Position numbers and translations under genes: made by a program
NCBI RefSeq assembly: GCF_009914755.1
Contig: NC_060938.1
Origin: the human T2T-CHM13v2.0 reference genome, Homo sapiens
Direction: 5' to 3' (one strand)
DNA: 64,000 nucleotides
Part shown: piece after piece, positions 53,323 to 64,000 of the stretch
Layout: each line of letters starts with the position of its first letter
How positions within the stretch are numbered: position 1 is the first letter of the stretch
The notes under the pieces: model-generated
What the model saw: only the letters and a program-made list of their open reading frames with translations
Told to the model about the DNA's origin: nothing
The model's database searches: none

Positions 53323-53542
53323 CTAAAAGGAACACTTAAAATGCACACACAAACGTACAGAGGGGAAAAAGATAATAAAAGGATCTCGAAATTTGAATTC
53401 TTAGAAAAAGAATATACAATATCAACAAGTTAACTCCAAGGACTTTCACAAATGCCCTAATTTAATATCATTAAAGTGTAGTAATTCTCATCTCAGAATA
53501 TTTATTCTCATATTTTGGGTTACCCTGAGCATATTACAAGAA

Positions 53543-53833
53543 AGTGCTTTCCAAAGTGTGATTTGTGGTGTACTAATACCCTAGAAGCTCTTTGGGGGGG
53601 AAAGTTAAAGGAAATGGAGAACTCTACATATTTTTTCCCAGCATCCCCACACATATACCAATTACCACAATCCAATCTGTATTAGCAGCTAAGACATTTT
53701 TTAAAACTTATTTAACTTTATTTTAAAAAGTATTTTTCAAACTTATGTGTCCATAGAATCAGTTTTCAATATAATGCCTATGAGTATCATGAGAAACTAG
53801 TGTTACAAGGAATTAACTTTTTTAAAAGCACTG
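53543..53833. mobile_element. MER113/Charlie-like hAT element
   Basis: Degenerate TIR-like ends agtgctttccaaagtgtg ... aaaagcactg. Confidence 0.5.
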
Positions 53834-53970
53834 GATTCTTGTATCAAAACAGGTAACTGGTCACCAACCAAAGCTTCCTTGTTTTTTAAAGAGACAAAGC
53901 CAATGATTTATAAAATTATCATTAGAGAGTATAGCAAACACATAAGCCTATGTTAAAAGCAAATGTGCTA

Positions 53971-54022
53971 TTAGATTGGTACAAAATTGATGGTAAAAAT
54001 GACAACTACTTTTGCACCAACC
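53971..54022. mobile_element. MADE1 (Hsmar1 mariner MITE), internally deleted
   Basis: After TA: ttagattggtacaaaa ... atggtaaaaatgacaactacttttgcaccaacc, matching both Hsmar1 TIR ends; much of the left arm is missing. Confidence 0.8.
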
Positions 54023-56301
54023 CCAGCATTCAGTATTTTCCATATGCTAAGTTCCTGGCTCACCTTAGGTGAAGATCAAACTAAATTATTTTCTAGTACA
54101 TTAAAAAAAAAACAAAAACAAAAAAACAAAGCAAAACAAAAATGCTCTCTGAGGAATCTGAACTAAACACAGCTCATGGCAATATAAGACCAGAAGATAC
54201 TTCCGACTGATGTCCAGAAGTAAATTTTAAGCTAAGGACTGACTATAGTGAAAGCCACTAGTAGGAAAGTTAACTCGGATGAGCCTCTTCTCGGATGGTC
54301 AAGGATGCCCTGCTGCCTGTGCAGGTGTTGTCCAGGGAGGAATCTGGCCCTGGGCCCTCCACATCACAGCCTGTCCTGATCCCTTCCATAGAGCCAGCAC
54401 ATGGGAGGATGACTGGAGATAAGTCACGTTAGCTATTGGTGAAAACACTGAGTTGATTCGTAACTGCATAATTCACCAGCTCATACACATCGGTGACATA
54501 AGCAATGCTAGCTTGACAGAAAGGCCTTCAGAGAGTCTCTGAATGTGGGGTAAATCTGGTTTCAGCAAGGAACTCAGGATGTTAGACGAAAGTCTCATGA
54601 GGGGAATTGGGAAGATGGAAAGTTAACAAGAAACGTCAGAATATACAAGCTTTTATTTCTAAATCTAATGAGCCTAAGTGGTGGTGGGGGTGGGGAACTC
54701 TATAAGTCATTTCTGAGTGGCATACATAAATGGTACTGTAAAATGAGCAAATAAAATAATTTTTAATTGGGCTTTTCATTATGGCGGGCAGCTTTTCCAC
54801 ACGGTTTTGGAGCCAGTGGTTGCTAGGAAATATGACAGAATGAGGAAGTGAACTGTAAGTGATATTTGGGGTGTGTGCAAGATAGGGAGGGGTGGGCAAG
54901 ATGATCTCATGTAACTAAATGTAACTAAATACATTTCTTGTCCATGGTTGATTTGGCACCATTTTAAATCTTTGTTTTGAAATTTCCAAAGCACATCTCT
55001 CTAACTTGGTTTTAGAATATGAAACCTAATATGCATTCTTTTAAAACTCAGTGTCCACACCGTGGATGGTGGTGATGAGGGAGAACAATTCAGCAAGAAA
55101 ATAATAAAAATTTCCACTGGGTGGTTTATCCGGTCAAGGTTCTGTTCACTAAGTCTCAGTTTTCCTAATAGAAACAGGTGTGGTTTTATTCTGAAATAAA
55201 AATATCAAATAATCTTCTAAGAGCGACAAAGCTACGTACTGTGGCTTGGTAATTCTTACTGCCCGCATTCTTTCCCAAAACCTCTCCTCTGTTCCACTCC
55301 TGAATATTTCAGCAGAGCACTAAGCCCACAGCTGGGGGAATCAGAGCATAACAGCTGACTCCTCTGGGTGCTAAGAAAAATAACAACCACCGCCACCACC
55401 ACCACCATCTCAGGAATGGAAATGTGATGCTGGTTTTCGAGGCATTCTCTGTGTGAAATATGCCACAGACACTGACCTACATGTAGTTCTCCCACATGGT
55501 CTCATGAGCTGTCAGAAGCGTTCTTGCTAAGGAGAGGGATAAAGTTTGTATTTCTTTTGAATTCATTGGGTTACCCAAACTTACATTTGAGAAGAGTGAA
55601 ACTGTAAAGAAGTATATATATTGATTTGTATAATATTTGTTTGGGAAATATTATTAACTATACTAGGAAAATCACAAAGAAGTATGTATAAGATCTGATT
55701 TTGTTAAGAGTATCCTTTTCTCCATGAAAAATATATTATATGTAATAAGCCACTAAAATGACAGCCACTATGCATCAGTTTTTATTGAGGTATCAATAGG
55801 ACAGATTCAGAGTGAATGTAAGAGAGACCTCCATAATTTCTGACTTTAGAAATGAAATGGTCAAATATTAGCTTCATAATTCTAAGTCACTAGCCAAAGG
55901 GCCCCTTACTCACATCGAAAATATAAAGGGGTCAGATAGTGAAGAGAGTTTTCAAGTAGATAATTCTTTCTACAGTTGTTGCTGAGCTTCAAGTGTCCCT
56001 TACCCAAAAGGAGGGTAGTTAGGATATGCTACCTCCTTCACCTCCAGCCATGTGAGGATTGACTTCCATGAGATCACTTAGAGAGATGTAAATATATTCC
56101 TTATTTTTGGGGGAGCACAGAATAACTAACATGCCCTGAGAATGTTAAGATGCCCTGATGCATCGGGATGGAAATGGCTGCATTAGAGTTAGTCTGTACT
56201 CCCAGAATTTGTTGGGGAAAAGCGTGGACCAGAGGTGGGCCACATCTGGGAGCAAGCCAGGAAAGGGTTGTCTTGGGTCCTGTAAAATAAAAGCTTCTGA
56301 G

Positions 56302-56511
56302 CAACCTTGTCCAACCCATGGGCCACATGTGGCCCAGGAAGTCTTTGAATGAGGCCCAACACAAATTCGTAAACTTCCTTAAAGCACTATGAGATATTTT
56401 TGCAAATTTTTTAGCTCATCAGCTATCATTAGTGTAGTGTATTTTACGTGTGGTCCAAGACAATTCTTCTTCCAATGTGCCCCAGGGAAGCCAAAAGATT
56501 GGACACCCCTA
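56302..56511 (-). mobile_element. MER30 hAT-Charlie MITE
   Basis: caaccttgtccaaccc ... cagggaagccaaaagattggacacccct; degenerate TSD. Confidence 0.92.
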
Positions 56512-56959
56512 TTCTAGAGGTACAGAGGAACTGAGCACCAAGAAGCTGAAGGTAGACATTGGATTTCTAGAAGTGGTATAAGCAAACCTCCCCAGTAGAA
56601 CTACATACAGTCCTTAATGATGGAAGTCTCCAAACAACTGCAAAAGGGGAGAAGGAGTCAGCCTTAACTACCATGACACACTAGAACATTTTCAAGATTG
56701 AAAATGGGTGCTATAATAATTATTATCGGACAGTAAATATAAAAAACCACTGCCCCCATGCAACCGGAAAAAATCGTCATCCTAATTTTAACTATCTGCT
56801 GCTTAGACAGCCTCATGCCAAACGACAACACAATCTTGCTATTTAAGATTTTGCCCTTTCCCCCTTGACTACATTAGGTAGGGATGAGGACTCTTATGAG
56901 AAAAAAATAAACTGCAAGTGAAAAATAGGACTGCAACCCTTATTCCCAAGAGTTATTCA

Positions 56960-57380
56960 ATTTTCTGTTATTTAGTTTTAAAACGTAAGGGGATTTTTAA
57001 TTTAGTGTTTTGTTATTAATTTCTAATTGCAGCATATTTAGAGAATGTGGTCTGCATGATGTGGATTAATTGAGGCTTTTTGGTGGTTTAGTACAAAGTA
57101 TACTTTTGTAAATGCTGCATGTATGCTTGAAAACAAGTAGTAGTCTCTATTTGCTGGAGTTGAATTCCACATGCATCCAGTAGCTTACATTTACCCATTG
57201 TATTTTGGGGGGTCTTAAAAATTTCTGTTTGTTTTTCATATGTTTTAATTTATTATTTCCTGAGAAGTATGTATTAAGACCAGGTAAAATTTCTGATTGA
57301 TTTCACTCTGTAGTTCTGTCAATTGTTGCTTGTATATTTTAAGACTACATTGTTAGGAGCATGTACATTAATGGTAGATA
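56960..57380 (-). mobile_element. Old L1 endonuclease-region fragment, inverted
   Basis: Reverse complement reads aatgtacatgctcctaacaatgtagtcttaaaatatacaagcaacaattgacagaactacag (NVHAPN, L1 EN-like). Confidence 0.7.
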
Positions 57381-57384
57381 TGTC

Positions 57385-58090
57385 ACAAAGAATGTCTTAA
57401 AAGTAGCCAGGGAAAAGCAGAGTTTCTTCAAAGAAATAGTCAATAGACTGAGAGCTGACAATAATGGAAGCCGCAAAAGTAGAATATATTTAAAGTACTG
57501 AAAAAATAACTTAACATAGAATTTTATATGCAGTGAAATTATGTTTCAAAATGAGGATAAAAGAATTTTTAGACAATAAAACTAAGAGAACTTTGTTACC
57601 AACATCCCTGAACTAGAGAAAATTCTAAAGATATATCCCCAGCAGAATGAGAATACTCCTAGATGGAAGGCCTTAGATGTAAGAAGGAATAAATAGCAGA
57701 GTACTAAAAACATGTGTCAATTGAAACAAACATTGAGACGATAAAGAATAATAATAATATCATGTAGGGTTATGAAGAAGATAGCATTAAAATATATTAA
57801 TTCAATAGCACTTATGTTGGGAGAGCCATCATCAGAGAAAAAGTATTACAAGATTCTTGTATTATTAAGAAGGATAATAAATATATTAACAAAATTGTAT
57901 TTATAAGTTAAAAATGAAAGTTAAAAGCTTCAGGGTAACTCATAAAGGAATTAAAATATAACATCTCCAAATTCATAAAGAAAAAGATATTCAATCACCC
58001 CAAAAAGCAAATGAGGTGAGAAAGAAATTAGAAGAGGAGGGGAAAATAGAGAGCAAAAAATAAGAAGCCAGAAGTTAAAGAGACATCAGA
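57385..58090 (+). mobile_element. L1ME ORF1 3' / inter-ORF fragment
   Basis: gtcttaaaagtagccagggaaaa...tagaattttatatgcagtgaaattatgtttcaaaatgagg. Confidence 0.7.
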
Positions 58091-58099
58091 GTTTAGGAA

Positions 58100-61097
58100 G
58101 GAGGAAGTAATTTGAGAGGTAACAAAAATCAATGAATTTGGAAAAAAACAGCAAAAATCAATGAATCAAAGAAGTGATTCGTTTAAAAGGTAATAAAAGT
58201 CCCACCAGTAAGATTGACAAAGAAAAAAGAGAAGATACATATTGCAAATGTCAGAAGTAAAACAATGGTTATCACTTTAGACCCAAATTAGACAACTTAG
58301 ATGAAATAGACTAATTCCTAGACAAGTATGAAACGTCACAATTTGCCAATAGGAAATAGATAATTTTAATAGACCAATAGCTATTAAGAAAATTGAATTC
58401 ATAATTTTAAAACTCCCAGAAATCTCTAAGTCCAGATGACTTCCATGGATAATTCTACCAAAAGTTTAAATGAAAATTAACACTAATTCTACCACAATCT
58501 CTTCCAGAAAACAGAGGAGGCTGACTCTTCTGAACTCCTTCAGTGATCCCTGCATTACCTTGATATCAAAACGAAAGATGCTACACACACACACACACAC
58601 ACACGATCTACAGGTAAACATCCCTCATGAATATGGATGCCAAAATTCTTAATAAAGTATTAGCAAATAGAACTGAGAAACATATGGAAATAATTATATA
58701 TGACCAATGGGGCTTATCCAGAAATGTAAGCTGGTTCACTACTTGAAAATTAATCAATGTAATCTACTATATTAATTGGCTAAAGAAGAAAAATCATTTG
58801 ATAATATCAATCTACACACAAAAAAAAATTTAGCAAAATCTAACACCCACTCATGATTTTAAACATTTCAGAAAAATAGCAATAGAGAGAGATTCCTCAA
58901 CTTGATAAGGAGCACCTACAAAAAAACCTACAGCCTATGTTGTACTTACTGGTGCAAGACTGAATGCTTTCTCCTCGAGATTGAGAACAAAAGAAGGATC
59001 CTTTCATCATTTTTATTCAGCACAGTGATGAAAGTTCTATCCAGTGCAGTCAGGCAACAAAAGGAAATAAAAGGTACACAGAAATCAAAGGAAGAAATAA
59101 GAGTGTCTCTACTTAAAGAAGACATGATTGTCTACATAGAAAATTGAAAGGAATCTTTAAAAAATATATATTCCTGGGAGTAATAACTGAGTTCAGTAAG
59201 GATGCAAGATATAAAATAAATAAACAAAAATTGGTTGTGTTTCTGTATATTAGCAATGAAAACATAGCTAATAAAATTAAAAACATAATACCATTTACAG
59301 TAACTCAAAATAAAGAGACCCTTAGGAGTAAATCCGACAAAACAGGTTTTGAACTTACATGTTGAAAACTGTAAAATGTTGATGGAAGAAATAAAAAGAC
59401 TAACATAATTGAAGAAATAGTCCATGTTCATGAATTGGAAAACTCAGTACAGTAAAGATATCAATTCTCCCCAAATTCAAATATGGATTAAACATAATTT
59501 CTATGAAAATTTCAGCAAAAAAGTGTAGGTATAAACAGGACTATTATAAAAATTTATATTAAAAGGCAAAGAAACCAAACAACTAAAACAATTTTGAAAA
59601 AGGAGAATAAAGCGGGAAGAATCACTACCTTATTTCAAGACTTATATAGCTACAGTAATCTTACATAGCTGTAGTAGTCAACACTGTGGTATTGGAAGAG
59701 AGACAGACATGTAGGTCAATGGAATAAAATAACCCAGAAAGAGACTTATAAAGTATGGCCAACTGATTTTTGATGAAATTGCAAAAGCAATTCACTGGAT
59801 AATCTTTTCAACAAACGGTGCTGGAGCAGTTGGATATCCATAGGCAAAAATAAATAAATAAATATTAACCTAAATCTCATATATTACTTGGAAATTATTA
59901 ATAACTTGAAATGGATCATAAATTAAATATAAAACATTTTTAAATAAAACTTTTCAAAGATAATATAGGAGAAAATCTTCTGGACCTAGGGCTTGATGAA
60001 GAGTTCTTAGACATAACACCAAAAGCATGATCCATTAAAGAAAAAATTGGTAAACTGGACTTCATCAGAATTAAAATATTTTGGTAAGACTCTGTTAAGA
60101 GGAAGGAAGACAAGCTATGGACTGGGAGAAAATATTAGTAAACAACCTATCTGACAAAAGACTAGAATCTAAAGTATATAAAGAACTCCCCAATTCAATA
60201 TAAAACATCCAATTAGAAAATGGACATAAGACATAAAAAGTCATTTAACTAAAGAGTATAGATGAATGACAAATGCACACATGAAAAGATGTTCATCACT
60301 GTTCATGGAAGTGCAAATTAAGACCACAATGGGATAGCCCTATTCATCTCTTAGAACAGCTAAAATAAAAAATAATGCCAATTCTAAATGCTGATGGGTA
60401 TGCAGAGAAAATGGATCTCTCATACATTTCTGGTGGAAAATAGTTTGAAAGTTTCTGTTTAAAATAAATATATAGTTATCATACAGCCCAGAAATTGTAC
60501 TCCTGGGCATTTACTTAGAAAAATAAAAGCTTATATCTGCCCAAAAATCTATATATGACTGGTAATAGCATATTTATTTGTAATAGTAAAAATTTTCCTC
60601 AATAGGTGAATGGTTAAACAAACTGTAGTATATTCATACCACAGAACACTACTCAGAATGAAAAGGAACAGACTATTGATACATGCAATGACTTAGTTAG
60701 ATCTTGAGGTTGTGCTGAGTAAAATAAGCCCTCAACAGGTTACATACAGTATTATTGTATTTACATAACACTCTCAAAATGACAGAATTTTAGTGATGGC
60801 AAAAAGTTATTGATGGCCAGGGCTAGGGATGGTAGAGGAAAGAAAGAAAAGTGAGTGTGATGAGAATTTTGTCATGGTGGAATAGTTCTGTATCTTAATT
60901 GTGGTGCTTACACAAATCTATACATGTAATAAAATATCATGGAACAACACATAAACTATCAATACTAAATGGTTTTGATATTGTACTATATGTTCGATGA
61001 GACCATTGGCAGAAACTGGCTGATGAGTACTTGGGACTTCTCTGTACTCTCTTTGCAATTTCTTGTGACTCTATAATTATTTCAAAATAAAAATGTT
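58100..61097 (+). mobile_element. L1MD-like ORF2 plus 3' UTR
   Basis: ORF2 remnants (EDMIVYIEN, YKINKQK); L1MD-type 3' end ggacttctctgtactctctttgcaatttcttgtgactctataattatttcaaaataaaaa. Confidence 0.88.
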
Positions 61098-62331
61098 CCA
61101 AAATTCATGAGGATGATAAACTCCAAAGTACAACATTGATCTCAGATCTAATGAACAGTATAGAAAATATGAAGAAAAGAAGACAGTGTTAGTCAAAAAT
61201 GTTAACCAAATCATGCGTTTTTCCTCTGGTCAAACTTAAAAAAGAGAGAATGCTTTAAGAACATAATTCGTTTTTTTTTTTTAACGTCATGGGTGCTACA
61301 TTTTAAAGTAAAAGTACTTTTAGTTAAATACTAACCAATTTTAACAGTTGAAAGTAACTGAATATGGAGATTTGCCCAACTTATGTATTCTAAGAAACAA
61401 AGTTATTTCTAGAAAACAAGTTATTGGGGGAAAAGTTTTTTCTGTATTCTATTTCTTTTGTGCACAAAAAGGTTAGTAATATTATTGAACATGACACTTC
61501 TGTATATTTTCGTACATCAGCTTTAGGACGTGCAGACAGAACCAGAGATCTTTTTCAAGTTTGACAGACCCAGGGACTGATAACAAATTCATCTCTGCTT
61601 CTGCTTTACGTGACTGCCAAGAGATTTCTGGGTGTCACACAGCTCACTTAGTGAATCTGATTGAAGAAATATTTATAGAATGAAACAATCAGTTGAGAAA
61701 AGGATCATGTAATTATCACTGACAATGAAACAAACATGGTGAAAGCCATGAGTGATTTATGAAGGAATCCCAAGTGTATGATGTTGTGTTCTCACCCTTT
61801 ATTTGTGTCCTCAAAAAAGTAATTATAGTACAGTATAATGTGACAGAATTACAAGTGGTCAGCAGAAGGAGAATGGGCAAATTTGATCGATTCTCTTCAG
61901 CCAAAGACTAACTCTGTGATATCAAGAGAGTTTAAAACTGTCTTGCCATTATTTTCACAAGCTATTCAAACAAAATGAAATAGCCAATACTTAGTTTTAA
62001 AAGCCCCTTGAGCAAAAGAAAGCCTTAATCATTTACTTTGCAGATAACAACGACTTTTAACTGATGTTTGCGTGTGGAGATTTTTATTTGCTGCAACCTG
62101 CTGAAGGAGAAAGCAAATTTAAACTCCTTGAGGCAGCAATTATTTCTTACAGTACATCCCCATAATTTTATTACAGGGAAGATGATGGAATAAGTATGCA
62201 TGAGATGTAAATGGAAACTCAGCTGTTATTTCATCACCTTGAAAGCCATTCACAGTCGCCCACTGCCATCTCTAGACTCATGGCTTAAATACAAGTTTCT
62301 GAAGTGATTTTTGTGAAACAGCAATAGCATG

Positions 62332-63317
62332 CTGTTTCATTTTCTATTGCTGCATAACAAACCATCCCAAAATTTAGCAATGTAAAACAATCATTATATG
62401 ATGCTGATAGATGCTGTCAGTCAGAAATTTGGGCAGGGCCCAGAAGTAATGGTTTGTCTATGCTCTACAAAGCCTGGGGACAGAGCTGGAAAGGCTCAAA
62501 GAATGAGGGTAACAACAACAGCTTGGGGCTGGAATCACTCTGGGGCGTCTTCATTCACATGTCTGGCAGCTAATGCCTGCTGTCATATGGTACCTCACCA
62601 GGGCTGCTAGCTATAAAAGTAGACACAATCTGTCTGCGGGTTTTTCTCCACGTGGGCTAGTTTGTGCATCGCCACAGCGTGGTCGCTAGATTCCAAGCAC
62701 ATGAGTTCTGAAAGAACAAGATGACAGTATTCAACATTTGGAATTTATACAGCTTCACTTCCACCATATTTTATTGGTCGGAGGAGTCAAAAAACCCCAC
62801 CCAGTTCCAAATTCCAAGGAGAGAAATTACAGGTTTTACTCCTTGATGGAAGAAGAGGAAGCTTCAAGAAAAAATGTGTGGCATAAAAAATATTATTCTA
62901 GTGTATTAGCTTGTTCTCACATTGCTATAAAGTACTCGAGACTAGGTAATTTATAAAGAAAAAAGAAGTTTTAATTGATTCACAGTTCCGGAGGCCGTAC
63001 AGGAACATGGCTGGGGAGGCCTCAGGAAAGTCACAATCATGGTGGAAGTCAAAGAGGAAGGAATCATGTCTTACATGGCCAGAGAAGGAGGAAGAGAGCA
63101 AAGGGGGAGGTACTACACACTTTTAAACAACCAGATCTCATGAGAAGTCACTTACTGTAAGGAGAAGAGCAAGGGGGAAATTCACCCCCTTGATCCAATC
63201 ACCTCCCTCCGTGCCCCTTCTCCAACACTGGGGATTACAATTCTACTTGAGATTTGGGCAGGAACACAAATCCAACACATATTATGTGGCTATCTTTAGA
63301 AAATGCACTCTGCCACA
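62332..63317 (-). mobile_element. MLT1 (G/H-like) MaLR LTR interrupted by MSTA
   Basis: tctattgctgcataacaaaccatcccaaaatttagc...gtcagaaatttgggcagggc; resumes tgtggctatcttt...ctgccaca after the MST. Confidence 0.8.
62902..63284 (-). mobile_element. MSTA-like solo LTR
   Basis: tgtattagcttgttctcacattgctataaag...gtacaggaacatggctggggaggcctcagg...ggattacaatt...catatta. Confidence 0.9.
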
Positions 63318-64000
63318 CGTTAAAATAATAAAAACAAAGAAAACAAGTGACAACAATAATTTCAGTTCTGCTTCTGAAAATATTTGGTATATTTTTTGAG
63401 AAGTATACAAAACTTCATATTATAGGGTTGTTGCAATGAAATTACATCATCATTGACCAGTTTCATGAGGGGGATTATAAAAATAAGTACAAGTAAAATT
63501 AAATAGAAATATAGAATTTAAATTATAATTCAAGGCCTCCATAGAAGAGGTTATAGACATAATTATCTTAAAGTTGAAAGGGACTCTTAACCTTAAAAAA
63601 TCCGTCATTTCATTTCATAGAATTCCTTTAACAATCTCCAATGACAAAAAATTTACTACCTCCTAGAACAGTCCATCCCATCAAGAGCAATACTGGGTAG
63701 CTGTCACATGCCAGTGTAGGGGTAATAATAAGAGGCTTGTAGAAAAGATTTAATGTAGATTTATCTTTCAGAATGAATAGAATTTAGATAATTGAAAAGG
63801 AGAGAAAGATCATTAGCAGGGGAATTCTAAAGTGGACATACAAATTTAAGAAGTAAAAGAGCTATTTGGGTACAAGGAGAAGTTAATTGTTTAATTGTAA
63901 TAGAAACATTTTGAGAAAAACCTGGAAGATAAGGCAACAAGTTGAGATCTAACTGGGGAAGACTTAATGCACTTTGTATTCTGTCCGATAAATAAGTTTC

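Overview
Anthropoid primate (probably human) genomic DNA that is AT-rich, non-coding and dominated by interspersed repeats. I find no credible protein-coding exon, RNA gene or CpG island; the ORFs I can assign are Alu, L1, Tigger, MaLR or microsatellite read-through, and the rest resemble nothing I recognise. Layout: (i) 1-14 kb holds L2/L3 fossils, a full-length dead Tigger1, MER82 and eight Alus, several as close inverted pairs; (ii) 14.4-17.1 kb holds an L1MA 3' end and an MST LTR; (iii) 17-28.5 kb is largely unique and carries two perfect NRF2/NF-E2 motifs and a possible ancient non-L1 LINE RT remnant; (iv) 32.6-46 kb is a nested L1 cluster with THE1/MST and Alu insertions and two large deletions; (v) 48.4-56.5 kb is dense in DNA transposons (Tigger3b, hAT MERs, piggyBac MER85, mariner MADE1, MER30); (vi) 57-61 kb is L1ME/L1MD and 62.3-63.3 kb is MLT1 with a nested MSTA. 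The most interesting candidates are a MER85 with a perfected palindrome 648 bp from a MADE1 (target families of the domesticated transposase fusions CSB-PGBD3 and SETMAR), the twin ARE sites, and a THE1-int/L1MA deletion chimera. I cannot demonstrate a new biological system from sequence alone. Subfamily calls come from recalled consensus sequences, and boundaries of old repeats are approximate.
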